Source: an uncultured Actinomycetota bacterium
GTDB lineage: Bacteria > Actinomycetota > Actinomycetes > Propionibacteriales > Nocardioidaceae
Direction: 5' to 3'
Assembly (NCBI GenBank): GCA_963820015.1
Contig: CAWFYO010000016.1
Coordinates: forward strand, 220,217-284,216
Length of the DNA stretch: 64,000 nt
The translations under genes were made by a program, and so were the position numbers. Below are positions 17,960 through 28,489 of the stretch, in pieces; position 1 is the first letter of the stretch; each line of letters starts with the position of its first letter. Under the pieces are notes generated by a model. It was not told the DNA's origin and did no database searches. It saw nothing but the letters and a program-made list of their open reading frames with translations.

Positions 17960-19937
17960 GTGAGTAACGAGACGCTGTCCAACCTGATGCACGAGAACCG
18001 CCGCTTCGACCCCCCGGAGAAGCTCGCCGCCAGCGCCAACGTCAAGGCCGATGCCTATGTCGAAGGCCGACGCGGACCTGGAGGCGTTCTGGGCCAAGGC
18101 GGCCGAGCGCCTGTCGTGGGAGACAACCTGGGACCGCGTCCTCGACTGGGATGACGCGCCGTTCGCGAAGTGGTACGTCGGCGGCAAGCTCAACGCGGCG
18201 TACAACTGCGTCGACCGCCACGTCGAGGCCGGCAACGGCGACCGGGTGGCCTACCACTGGGTCGGCGAGCCCGAGAACGACACCCGCGACATCAGCTACG
18301 CCGAGCTGAAGGACATGGTCTGCCAGGCGGCGAACGCGTTGGTCGACCTCGGCGTGAGGTCCGGTGACCGGGTCGCGATCTACATGCCGATGATCCCCGA
18401 GACCGTGGTCGCGATGCTGGCCTGCGCGCGCCTCGGAGCACCGCACACGGTCGTGTTCGGCGGGTTCTCCTCCACCGCCCTGCGCGACCGGATCCAGGAC
18501 TGCGACGCCCGCGTCGTGATCACCGCCGACGGCGGCTACCGGCGCGGGGCTCCGGCCGCGTTGAAGCCTGCGGTCGACGAGGCGCTCGAGCAGTGCCCCG
18601 ACGTCCGCAACGTGCTCGTCGTACGTCGCACCGGGCAGGACCTGGGAGAGGGAGGGTGGACCGAGGGCCGCGACCTCTGGTGGCACGACGCCGTCGACGG
18701 CGCCTCGAAGGAGCACACGCCCGAGGCCTTCGACGCCGAGCACCCGCTCTACGTCATGTACACCTCCGGCACGACCGGCAAGCCGAAGGGGATCCTGCAC
18801 ACCACCGCCGGCTACCTGGTCGGGTGTGCGTGGACGCACTGGGCGGTCTTCGACCTCAAGGACGACGACGTCTTCTGGACCGCGGCCGACATCGGCTGGG
18901 TCACCGGGCACAGCTACATCGTCTACGGGCCGCTGGCCAACGGCACGACCTCGGTGATGTACGAAGGGACCCCTGACACCCCCCACAAGGGTCGCTGGTG
19001 GGAGATCATCCAGGACTACAAGATCACCCTGCTCTACTGCGCGCCGACGGTCATCCGGACCTTCATGAAGTGGGGTGCCGACATCCCGGCGAAGTACGAC
19101 CTCTCGACGCTGCGGATCATCGGGTCGGTCGGTGAGCCGATCAACCCGGAGGCCTACATGTGGTACCGCGAGCACATCGGCGGCAACCAGGCGCCCGTGG
19201 TCGACACGTGGTGGCAGACCGAGACCGGGATGCACATGATCAGCCCGCTGCCGGGCGTCACGCACGGCAAGCCCGGCTCGGCGATGAAGGCGCTGCCCGG
19301 CGTCTCCGCGCTCGTCGTGGACGACGAGGGGCACGCGGTCAGCCCCGGCTCGGGTGGCTACCTCGTGCTGACCCAGCCGTGGCCGGCCATGCTGCGCACC
19401 ATCTGGGGCGACGACCAGCGCTACGAGGACACCTACTGGAAGCGCTTCCCCGGCATGTACTTCGCCGGCGACGGCGCCAAGCTCGACGAGGACGGCGACA
19501 TCTGGCTGCTCGGCCGGGTCGACGACGTGATGAACGTGTCGGGTCACCGCCTCTCGACGACCGAGATCGAGTCCGCGCTGGTCTCCCACCCGAAGGTCGC
19601 CGAGGCCGCGGTGGTGGGCGCGAACGACCCCGACACCGGCCAGGCGGTCAACGCCTTCGTGATCCTGCGCGAGTCGGCGCTGGTCGACGGCAAGGCCGAC
19701 GAGGGGATCGTCGCCGAGCTGCGCAACCACGTGTCGAAGGAGATCGGCCCGATCGCCAAGCCCAAGTCGATCCTGGTGGTCGCCGAGCTGCCCAAGACCC
19801 GGTCGGGCAAGATCATGCGGCGCCTGCTGCGCGACATCGCCGAGAAGCGCGACGTCGGTGACGTGACGACGCTGGCGGACTCCGCGGTGATGGACTCCAT
19901 CCAGTCCGGCCTGGCCGCCGGCAGCGACGAGGAGTGA
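17960..19937 (+). CDS. acs: Acetyl-CoA synthetase with apparent +1 frameshift near 18059-18062
   Basis: N-terminus in ORF 17906..18154 (ENRRFDPPEKLAASANV), remainder in 18051..19937 (YTSGTTGKPKG, DTWWQTETG, PKTRSGKIMRR). Confidence 0.93.
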
Positions 19938-20078
19938 CGCTGAGCTGGCACTCGCGTCACGCCGTACGACGCTGACCTGGCACTCGCGTCATGTACAGAA
20001 ACGCCAGGTCAGCGCGGATACCGCGTACGGAAACGCCAGGTCAGCGCGGATACCGCGTACGGAAACGCCAGGTCAGCG
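19936..20078. repeat. Array with about 32-bp period: 2 units in one orientation, about 2.5 in the other
   Basis: GACGCTGA(G/C)CTGGCACTCGCGTCA at 19936 and 19968; GAAACGCCAGGTCAGCGCGGATACCGCGTACG at 19998 and 20030, partial at 20062. Confidence 0.9.
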
Positions 20079-21253
20079 GGGGAAGCCCCGGGGCGGCGGA
20101 GGATGCCGGCGCCGGCCAGGGCGGCGATGACCGAGGCTGCGAGGACGCCCGCCTTGGCGGCCTCGGCCTGGGCACCGGTGAAGGACAGCTCGGCGACCAG
20201 CAGCGAGACGGTGAAGCCGATCCCGGCCAGGACCGCGACCCCGACCAGCTGCGACCAGGTGATGTCGTCGTTGATCTCGGCATGGGTGAGCCGGGTGACC
20301 AGGAAGGTGCCGGCGAGCACGCCCAGGGGCTTGCCGAGCACCAGTCCGACCAGCACTCCGATCACGATCGGGTCGCTCAGCAGCGAGAAGCCGCCGGACA
20401 GGGAGACCCCAGCTGAGACGAGGGCGAAGAACGGCACGGCCACTGTCGAGGAGATCGGCGCCAGCGTGTGCTCCATCGACTCCGCCGGTGAGTGGTCCTC
20501 GCCCGGGTCGCGCCGTACGCGCGTCAGGAGCCCGAGGATGACGCCGTCGATGGTCGCGTGCACGCCGCTCTCGTGCATGAACCACCAGCCCACGACCGCG
20601 ATCACCAGGTAGACCGGCCAAGGCCCGAGCCGCAGGTGCTGCAGCAGCGCCCACGACCCGGCGAGTGCCAGGGCGACGAGCAGGTCGACCGCGTGGACCT
20701 CGTCGGTGAAGACCAGCGCGATGATCGCGATCACCACCAGGTCGTCGACGACCGCGAGGGTCAGCAGGAAGGCCCGCAGCGCCGGCGGGAGGTGCGACCC
20801 GACGACGGCCAGCACCGCCAGTGCGAACGCGATGTCGGTCGCGGCCGGGATCGCCCAGCCGCCGGGCTCGCCCGACGGAGCGACCAGGTTGACCACCAGG
20901 AACAACAGGGCCGGTACTGCGACCCCGCACAGCGCCGCGGCCACCGGCACCGCGGCGTCGGCCGGTCGCCGCAGCGACCCGACCACGAACTCCCGCTTGA
21001 GCTCGAGCCCGGCCACGAAGAAGAAGAGGGTCAGCGCCCCGTCGGCGCCCCAGTGCTCGAGGTCGAGCGGGCCGAGGTCGAAGGACACGAAGGACTGGTA
21101 GGACGCCTCCCACGGCGAGTTGGCCCACACCACCGCCACCACGGCCGCGGCCAGCGCGAGCAGCCCACCGGTGACCTCGCTGCGGAGGAGGTCGTTGACG
21201 AAACCGACCTCACCCGGCTCGGGCGACGGCAGGATCCGGCGTACGACGGACAC
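20009..21253 (-). CDS. nhaA: Na+/H+ antiporter NhaA
   Basis: GWAIPAATDIAFALAVL, LTLAVVDD, LAGIGFTVSL; RBS GGAGG before GTG 21253. Confidence 0.95.
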   Translation of the reverse strand: MSVVRRILPSPEPGEVGFVNDLLRSEVTGGLLALAAAVVAVVWANSPWEASYQSFVSFDLGPLDLEHWGADGALTLFFFVAGLELKREFVVGSLRRPADAAVPVAAALCGVAVPALLFLVVNLVAPSGEPGGWAIPAATDIAFALAVLAVVGSHLPPALRAFLLTLAVVDDLVVIAIIALVFTDEVHAVDLLVALALAGSWALLQHLRLGPWPVYLVIAVVGWWFMHESGVHATIDGVILGLLTRVRRDPGEDHSPAESMEHTLAPISSTVAVPFFALVSAGVSLSGGFSLLSDPIVIGVLVGLVLGKPLGVLAGTFLVTRLTHAEINDDITWSQLVGVAVLAGIGFTVSLLVAELSFTGAQAEAAKAGVLAASVIAALAGAGILRRPGASPADLAFPYAVSALTWRFRTRYPR

Positions 21254-21400
21254 GGTCCTCCTCCACGACGGATCAGTCTGCCGGGACCGCGCTCCGGCCT
21301 CCGCACAGAGGCTATCCCCGTCGGGACCGGGCGGTCGGGGGTACCCGACGTTCGTTGTAGGGTCGGCTCGGACAGCCGCCCACAGGGAGCCCGAGGACAG

Positions 21401-21865
21401 ATGGCGACAGAACCCGTGCACGACACCGATCCCACGATCGGTCGGCTCGTCTCGGATGCCAGCCGCGACATCTCGAGCCTGATCTCCAACGAGATCAAGC
21501 TCGCCAAGTCCGAGCTCAAGCTCAGCGCCCAGGCCGGCGGCGCCGGCATCGCCCTCTTCGCCGCCGCAGTGTTCTTCCTGGTGATGGCGCTGATCATGCT
21601 GTCGGTGGCGATCGCCTACTTCATCAACTGGAACGGCGACGGGTTGCCCCTCATGTGGGCGTTCACCATCGTCTTCGCCTTCTACCTCCTGGTCACCGCG
21701 ATCCTGGCGTTCGTGGGCTACAAGAAGATCCAGAAGGTCCGCGCTCCTCAACGCGCGATCGAGCAGGCCGAGCAGGCCAAGCAGATGCTCACCGGCCCCC
21801 GACCGGGGTCCGGCAGCCCGCAGATCACGCCGCGCAGCCCTGCGTCGACACCGCCCTCGAGCTGA
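21401..21865 (+). CDS. Phage holin family / YqjE-like membrane protein (Rv3669-like)
   Basis: TIGRLVSDASRDISSLISNEIKLAKSE; two TM helices. Confidence 0.85.
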   Translation: MATEPVHDTDPTIGRLVSDASRDISSLISNEIKLAKSELKLSAQAGGAGIALFAAAVFFLVMALIMLSVAIAYFINWNGDGLPLMWAFTIVFAFYLLVTAILAFVGYKKIQKVRAPQRAIEQAEQAKQMLTGPRPGSGSPQITPRSPASTPPSS

Positions 21866-22998
21866 TCCGGCCGCGCGCGGCGGCCTGGCCGACCTGCTGG
21901 GCCGACAGGGCGTAGCCGGTGTCGCTGTTGGTCACCGACGCCGCGAACACCACGCCGACGACGTGGCCGGAGGAGTCGACCACCGGTCCGCCGGAGTTGC
22001 CCGGCCGGATCAGCGCGCGCAAGCGACAGTACGTCGCGGATCACCGTGCCGTGCCCGTAGATGTCGGGTGAGCGCAGCCGCTGGTCGGCCCGGACCCGGC
22101 CGACCTGCACGTCGTAGGGGCCGTTCTGCGGGTAGCCGAGGATCGCGATCCCGTCCCCGGCGGCGGCGGTGGCGAACCGCAGCGGTCGGACCGTGCCGGT
22201 CGGCACCGCGATCACGGCGACGTCGGTGCGCGGGTCGTAGTAGACGACCTTGCCCGTCTCGGAGGTGCCCCCGACGTCGACGATCGGGTCGGTAACCCCG
22301 GCCACAACGTGGGCGTTGGTGATGACGCGGTCGGGGGCGTAGACGAAGCCGGAGCCCTCGATGCCCTGGTCGCACCTGTTGGTGCTCTGCACCTTGACGA
22401 CGCCGCGCTGGGCGCGGTTGACGTCTGGGTCGGTCAGCATCCGGTGGGGTCCGGGCGGCACCGCGACGATCCGCTCGGGCGCGAACGGCTCGAGGTAGCG
22501 CGGGAAGAACGTCGTACCGACGACGTCGTTGAACGCCGAGAGCCGCGAGCCCGCGGAGTCGGGGAGCAGGTTGTTGATCTCGGCCAGCACCTTGGAGCTG
22601 CGGACCAGGGGCGTGATGCCGTGCAGGCCCGAGCCGGACAGGGCGAAGCCGAGGGCCCAGGCGACCAGGAGCGCGGCGACCGCGCTGAGCGCCGCTCCGC
22701 CTGCGGCGTCGAGAGCCCGCACCGGCTGCCAGGTGATGCGCGCCCGGATCCGCGCCCCGACGACCTGGAAGAGCGCCTGACCGAGCGAGGCGCAGAGGAT
22801 GACGATGAACACGGCGGCCAGCGACACCAGGATCGAGGGCGCGGCGTTGCCGAGGGCGGTGGGCGCCAGCCAGACCCCGATCAGGCCACCGATCAGCAGC
22901 CCGACCGTCGCGAACGCCCCCGTGATGAAGCCCTGCCAGTAGCCGGAGACGGCGTAGAGCAGGACGACGAGGATCAGCACCCAGTCGAGTGCGTTCAC
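21825..22998 (-). CDS. marP: MarP family membrane serine protease with apparent +1 frameshift near 22021
   Basis: CvpA-like N-terminus, ITNAHVVAG, TDVAV; catalytic RPGNSGGP lies in the next frame (ORF 21825..22022). Confidence 0.9.
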
Positions 22999-23690
22999 GG
23001 CGTCTCCTGGGTGCTCTGCCGGGGTACGGCGGGCGGGGGCGCCGCCGGACGGGGTCCACCTTGCAGCATGTGGGCGGGCAGATCACGGACCCGGCGCTCG
23101 TCCCAGCCGCGCGTCCAGCCGAGGAAGTCGAGGAGCCGGGAGATGATCCCGGCCGTGAAGCCCCACAGGACGAGGTCGTGGTCGGGCCCCACCAGGAACC
23201 CCGGGCCGACCCAGCCGCTCGGATGGCGCACCGAGACGCGGTGCTCGGGGTCGAGCAGGTCGGCGAGCGGCACACGGTAGACGGCGTGCACCTCGGCCGG
23301 GTCGACGACGCCGACCGGGCTCTCCCGCTCCCACCACCCGAGCACCGGCGTGACCGCGAAGTTGCTCGGCGGCAGCCACAGCTCCGGGAGCTCGGCGAAC
23401 ACCTCGACCCCCTCCGGCACCAGCCCGGTCTCCTCGTAGGCCTCGCGCAGGGCTGCCTCGCGGGGGGTCTCACCGGTGTCGATCGCCCCGCCGGGGAACG
23501 ACACCTGGCCGGGGTGGGAGCGCATGTCGTGGGCCCGCTCGGTGAGCAGGAGGTCCTGCTCGGAGCCGAACAGCATCAGCACCGCGCCCCGCCGCGGGTC
23601 GGAGTCCTCCGGCGCGACGAACTTGGTCAGGTCGTCGGCCGACATCGTGCGGGCAGCCTCGGCGACGGGCTCCAGCCAGTCGGGGATCAC
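22995..23690 (-). CDS. NUDIX CoA pyrophosphatase (Rv3672c-like)
   Basis: HPGQVSFPGGAIDTGETPREAALREAYEETGL. Confidence 0.93.
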   Translation of the reverse strand: MIPDWLEPVAEAARTMSADDLTKFVAPEDSDPRRGAVLMLFGSEQDLLLTERAHDMRSHPGQVSFPGGAIDTGETPREAALREAYEETGLVPEGVEVFAELPELWLPPSNFAVTPVLGWWERESPVGVVDPAEVHAVYRVPLADLLDPEHRVSVRHPSGWVGPGFLVGPDHDLVLWGFTAGIISRLLDFLGWTRGWDERRVRDLPAHMLQGGPRPAAPPPAVPRQSTQETP

Positions 23691-24310
23691 CCGCCGACCC
23701 CGAGGTACTTCCGCGCGGCCGCGGCGACGTCCCGCCGGCTGGTGTAGGCCTTGGCCTCGACGTGCGCGATCGCGCCCTTCGCGTCGAGGAAGAGCGTCAT
23801 CGGCATGGCGGAGATGTGGGGCAGCGGGCTGGCGCGGTCGAGGGCCCCCTTCGGGTCGGCCACCAAGGGGTAGGTGACCCCGCTCCGCTTGGCCAGGTCG
23901 AGGGCGGCGGCGGGCTGCGGGTCGAGGAAGTCGACACCGAGGACCTGCACCGCCGACTGGCTCTTGGCGTACGCCGCGAGGGCCGGCATCTCGTCGCGGC
24001 ACGCCCCGCACCAGGACGCCCAGAAGTTCACGATCATGGGCCCGCGGAGACCGGCCACGTCGACCGGGCGGCCACCGCCCAGGCAGGGCACGGTCACGGC
24101 CGGCATCCCGCCGTCGACCGAGCCGCCCGCCGTCCGGGGGCAGTTGGGGATGTCGCTGTGCTTCTTGCTCGCCACCAGGTCGGGAGCAGGGACGGTGAGC
24201 GTCTTGTCGCCCTCGTAGCTCGGCGGGTGCTGACCCGAGCAGGCCGACAGCGTCGCCAGCGCGGCGACCAGGAGGGCCACCAGGAGGGTCACCAGCAGGG
24301 TCCGTCTCAT
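23687..24310 (-). CDS. TlpA-family thiol-disulfide oxidoreductase lipoprotein
   Basis: Lipobox LSAC; NFWASWCGAC. Confidence 0.92.
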   Translation of the reverse strand: MRRTLLVTLLVALLVAALATLSACSGQHPPSYEGDKTLTVPAPDLVASKKHSDIPNCPRTAGGSVDGGMPAVTVPCLGGGRPVDVAGLRGPMIVNFWASWCGACRDEMPALAAYAKSQSAVQVLGVDFLDPQPAAALDLAKRSGVTYPLVADPKGALDRASPLPHISAMPMTLFLDAKGAIAHVEAKAYTSRRDVAAAARKYLGVGG

Positions 24311-25020
24311 GCCGGCCCCTCGGTCCTCACCAGCTTCGCCGCCACGCCCGGGTCGACCGGCCCCTCGCCGTACGACGGGCACATCCGGGCCAGCGGGCAG
24401 ACGCCGCACGCGGGCTTCTTGGCGTGGCACATCCGCCGGCCGTGCCAGATCAGGTGGTGGCAGAGCAGCACCCAGTCCTTGCGCGGGAACAGCGCGCCGA
24501 CGGCGTGCTCGACCTTGACCGGGTCGGTCTCGTCGGTCCACCCGAAGCGCCGCGCCAGCCGGCCGAAGTGGGTGTCGACGGTGATGCCAGGGACGCCGAA
24601 GGCGTTGCCGAGGACGACGTTGGCGGTCTTGCGGCCGACCCCGGGGAGGGCCACGAGGTCGTCGAGGCGGGGTGGCACCTGGCCGTCGTACCGCTCGACG
24701 AGGGCTGCGCTCAGCTTGAGCAGCGCGTCCGTCTTGGCGCGGAAGAACCCGAGGGGTCCGATGATCTGCTCGAGGTGCTCGCGTGGGGCCGCTGCCATGG
24801 CGCGGGCGTCGGGGTAGGCGGCGAAGAGCGTGGGCCGCACGGCGTTGACGCGGCGGTCGGTGGTCTGGGCGCTCAGGACGGTCACGACGAGCAGTTGGAA
24901 CGGGTCGTCGAAGTCGAGCTCGATGCGGGCGTCGGGGTAGGTCTCCGCGAGCACCCGGTCGATCCTGCGTGCGCGGCGGACCAGCCCGGTGCGGGTCTCG
25001 GGCGCGGAGACGGCTGGCAC
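24307..25020 (-). CDS. nth: Endonuclease III
   Basis: LSAQTTD, LPGVGRKTANVV HhH, CHAKKPACGVC 4Fe-4S motif. Confidence 0.97.
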   Translation of the reverse strand: MPAVSAPETRTGLVRRARRIDRVLAETYPDARIELDFDDPFQLLVVTVLSAQTTDRRVNAVRPTLFAAYPDARAMAAAPREHLEQIIGPLGFFRAKTDALLKLSAALVERYDGQVPPRLDDLVALPGVGRKTANVVLGNAFGVPGITVDTHFGRLARRFGWTDETDPVKVEHAVGALFPRKDWVLLCHHLIWHGRRMCHAKKPACGVCPLARMCPSYGEGPVDPGVAAKLVRTEGPA

Positions 25021-25085
25021 GCCGCACAGCCTACGGTGGCGCGCCCAGGGCTCCTCCGCGCGTCGAAGTCATGGGCGTGCGCTGG

Positions 25086-25101
25086 TGTGACCTGGGCCAC
25101 T
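25086..25101. promoter_or_regulatory. Possible CRP site in nth-crp intergenic region
   Basis: TGTGA-CCTGGG-CCACT; one strong half-site. Confidence 0.4.
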
Positions 25102-25173
25102 CGATAGGATCAGCGTGCCCACTGGCTGCGACGACCGACGTACGGCGTGCACACGCGGGCATGGAGGGTGGTC

Positions 25174-25851
25174 GTGGACAACGACGTACTGCGTCAGACA
25201 CCGCTGTTCAGCGCGCTCGATGACGAGGCTGCCACGGCCCTGCGCCAGTCGATGAGCGAGACCAAGCTGCGCCGGGGCGACGTCCTCTTCCACGAGGGCG
25301 ACGCCGGCGACCGGCTCTACATCGTGATGGACGGCAAGGTGAAGCTCGGCCGCACCTCCAGCGACGGCCGGGAGAACCTCCTCGCGATCCTCGGGCCCGG
25401 GCAGATGTTCGGCGAGCTGTCGCTGTTCGACCCAGGGCCGCGCTCGGCGACGGTGACCGCGGTGACCGACTCGTCGTTCCTCTCGCTCTCCCACGAGGAC
25501 CTCCTCAAGTGGCTCGACGGCCGCCCCCAGGTCGCCCGCGGCCTCCTGGCGCAGATCGCCGGCCGGCTCCGCAAGGCCAACGACGTCAACGCCGACCTGG
25601 TGTTCTCCGACGTACCGGGCCGCGTGGCCAAGGCCCTCCTCGACCTGGCCGACCGCTTCGGCCGCACCGCCGACGACGGGGTCCACGTGCACCACGACCT
25701 CACCCAGGAGGAGCTCGCCCAGCTGGTCGGCGCCTCCCGCGAGACGGTCAACAAGGCCCTGGCCGACTTCGCCTCCCGCGGCTGGCTCCGCCTCGAGCCC
25801 CGCTCGGTCGTGATCATGGAGATCGACCGGCTCCGCCGCCGCGCCCGCTGA
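25174..25851 (+). CDS. crp: Crp/Fnr family regulator (CRP/GlxR, Rv3676 orthologue)
   Basis: FGELSLFDPGPRSAT cNMP site; LTQEELAQLVGASRETVNKAL HTH. Confidence 0.97.
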   Translation: MDNDVLRQTPLFSALDDEAATALRQSMSETKLRRGDVLFHEGDAGDRLYIVMDGKVKLGRTSSDGRENLLAILGPGQMFGELSLFDPGPRSATVTAVTDSSFLSLSHEDLLKWLDGRPQVARGLLAQIAGRLRKANDVNADLVFSDVPGRVAKALLDLADRFGRTADDGVHVHHDLTQEELAQLVGASRETVNKALADFASRGWLRLEPRSVVIMEIDRLRRRAR

Positions 25852-26088
25852 CACTCGCGCGCGGGCGTGTTTCGGCCCGTCAGCCACGCCCCTTCCGGCC
25901 CAGAATGACCCGTTCAGTAGGGAGAACGGGTCGATCAACGTCTGATCCAGAGACCTTCGACGATCGCGAGGAACATCTGGTGCGCCCTCGGCCCTATTCG
26001 TCGTCAGTTCCGCCGCGGCCTGCCATGGGCGCTCCCCTACCGTTGCCGTCGAACGCCGGCCGTTGCGGACGTTCGAGGATAGTCTGAA

Positions 26089-27736
26089 TCAGCCCTGATC
26101 CACCGGCGCTGATACCTGAGCGGTGATTTCGGTGAATCGCGGTGAGGCTGTGAGTGGTGGCGCGGCTGACCTGCCGGTCGGGTCCGGCTCTTCCACTTCG
26201 AGGTCCTGGGTCGCGCCCGCTGGGGCTGGGTGGTCAGCTCGTTGCGGCGACGGGCGGCCCGGTGGCGACGGCGTGCAGTGATTCCCAGCCGTGGGCCCAG
26301 GGCCAGTGGGGTCGGCAGATGCAGGTCGAGCCGGCGGGCGGTGGAGGCGGTCCGGCCGGGGATCTTGATGATCTTCCTGCGCAGGGTGGCCCATCTGGCG
26401 TTGGCCAGGTCGGCGGCGACGGCGGCGGCGCGGGCGATGTTGAACGCGATCACCGCCAGGGAGACCCAGGCGGCGTTGGCCGCGTACTTCCCCGACGGCA
26501 GGTGCGCCAGCGGCCCGTCCTTGAGCTCGGCGATGACCTGCTCGACGATCGCGTGGTCACGATGTCGCTGGTCAGCCTCGACCACCGACAGCGTGGAGTT
26601 GGTGATGAAGGCGTGGTGCCGGTAGGTCGCGAACAGCTCGCCCTGCTTGGTGCCGTCCGAGGCCAGCCGCTGGAGCCGCTTGACCCGACGCACGATCAGC
26701 CGGCAGGTCACGTGCTCGGCCTTGCGGCGGCCGGTGAACGCGACGAAGCGCACTTCGGCGACCTCGGCGTCACACCCACCGCTGATCCTCCTCGTCCCAG
26801 ACGGCCTTGGGGTACTTGATCGGGTGCCAGGCGGACTCCTCGATGCTGGCGATGGCCGTGGTCACGGTCTTGGTCATCCGGGCGGTTACCGAGAACCAGG
26901 TCTTGGCGCGGATCGCGGTCCCGACGAAGGCCCACCCGTAGTAGGCCGAGTCGGCCCGACACAGGACCTGACCCCGCACCCCGGAGGCCCGGGCGGTGCT
27001 GATGGCCTGGGCCAGCAAGCGCCCTGCACCCTTGGCCGAGGCCGTGCTGCCGTTGCGGAGCCGGGCCGGGCGATCACCGGCGCGGCCAGCGGCGTGGAGA
27101 CCGTGGCGAGCTGGATGTTGAGCCCCCGCACCCCGGTGTTGCCGTAGGCGGCAGCCTGCTTGGCGTACCCGTGGACCTCGCGAATGGTGTCGTCGACATC
27201 GATGCACGCCAACCCGTCGGTACCCTCGGCGCCAGCGACCACACCGGGCACCCGAGTGGTCAGACCCGCCAACAGGCCTCCACCAATGGCGTCGAGCTGT
27301 TGCACGTGCCCGTGGGTGAACGAGCGCAGGAAAGTGCCCAACGTCGAGGGCGCCCGCACCCCGCAGAACAGCCGCGGCATCCCGCCATGCCGCAGCAGAT
27401 CGAGATCGTCGATGCTGTCCGCGCCGGCGAGCATCCCGCCCACCACACTGGTCGCCTTCGCCGTCGCATTCGGCGAGGCGACGCTCAACTGCTGCTCGAG
27501 GAGGTCGTGCAGGCCGGCGGACTCGGCCAACCGGAGCACCGGCACCAGACCCGCGTCCGACACCAGGTTCGGATCATCGAACACAGCTCGGATCGTGTGA
27601 GAGGCTTTCACTTACGAGGTGTCCCTTGCTCGGCTGCGAATCGTGTGTGTGAGAACTCCGATTCTCCTGCCCAGCAAGGGCATTCTCGTTCTACGCCACG
27701 CTCACACCGCCACTCTCATCGGTGGATCAGGGCTGA
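26089..27736 (-). mobile_element. IS1380-family insertion sequence (about 1.65 kb)
   Basis: Perfect 17-bp IR TCAGCCCTGATCCACCG at 26089-26105 and 27720-27736; IS1380-type transposase inside. Confidence 0.9.
26234..27611 (-). pseudogene. IS1380 DDE transposase, at least 3 frameshifts
   Basis: Fragments FDDPNLVSDAGL, IDVDDT, RADSAYY, HAIVEQVIAELKDG...SGKYAANAAW in different frames. Confidence 0.9.
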
Positions 27737-28432
27737 GCTGTGCTCGAGGTACGTGACTGTCTCCCCGGCGACGTCAAAGAACGGATCTGAACCGTCTGGG
27801 TCGCCGACTGTCACGCGGTGCCGACCCGCCTGTACCGCAAATCCGTGCTTGATGGCGTTGTACATGCGGCCGCCGTCCAGGTAGTGGCGGGCGATGATGC
27901 GAAGGAACTGCTCCAGTACCCGTGCAGCCTCATCAAGCTCTCGCTTGGGGGCTTCTACCTGTCCTAGGAACACGGGCTGGAGAGCGTTGGCGTTTGTCGA
28001 CGTCCAGGTCTGCTCGGTGAGACCTTCGACCTGGGCCTTGAATGCGCCGGAGCTTGTAAGGCGCGCGAGCTCGACCCACCGGGCAATCCGGGAGTCCCCG
28101 GTGGGCTATGAAGAGCCTAAGCAGGGCCTCCGCTGCATGGTGGAAGACTGCCTGAGCCTCCGCTGTCACGTAGGCGAGTTCGGCCCCATCTGCCGATCCT
28201 CCCGGGGCCAGGCTGATCCTCCCGAACTCGAACCCCTCGGCGAGCAGATGGTTAATCGCCTCGCCGCGCGCCCCTATGAGTGCCAGGTACCGGATCCTGG
28301 CGTGGAGGTGATCAGCGGGCCGCGCGTCATAGAACTCTTGGTTAGGCGGAGTTGCCGAACAGGACGGCTCAGCGGATCTGGCGGCCCGGGTGCCTCGGTG
28401 GGACGATGCCGTCAGGTGCTGGGCCGCCACTA
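27737..28432 (-). pseudogene. Uncharacterised protein cut by IS1380, internal +1 frameshift near 28080
   Basis: NQEFYDARPADHL...FHHAAEALLRLFIAH continues in another frame as WVELARL...MYNAIKHGF...TYLEHS up to the IS end; start uncertain. Confidence 0.6.
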
Positions 28433-28489
28433 CCGCCGGTTGTTCGTGGTGGTCTCGTCGATGGGATCGCGGGCGAAGGCGAGGGCAAG

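Noticed and set aside
19936-20078. CRISPR array
   Set aside because: Units abut without unique spacers, orientation flips midway, and no cas genes are in the window.
21401-21865. Prophage suggested by the holin-family annotation
   Set aside because: Conserved chromosomal gene of the acs-marP block; no phage structural or integrase genes nearby.
25846-25884. Possible attachment-site repeat at the crp 3' end
   Set aside because: Only short matches (CACTCGCG with the 19.9-kb repeat; GGGCGTG near 61890); no convincing direct repeat at the other boundary.
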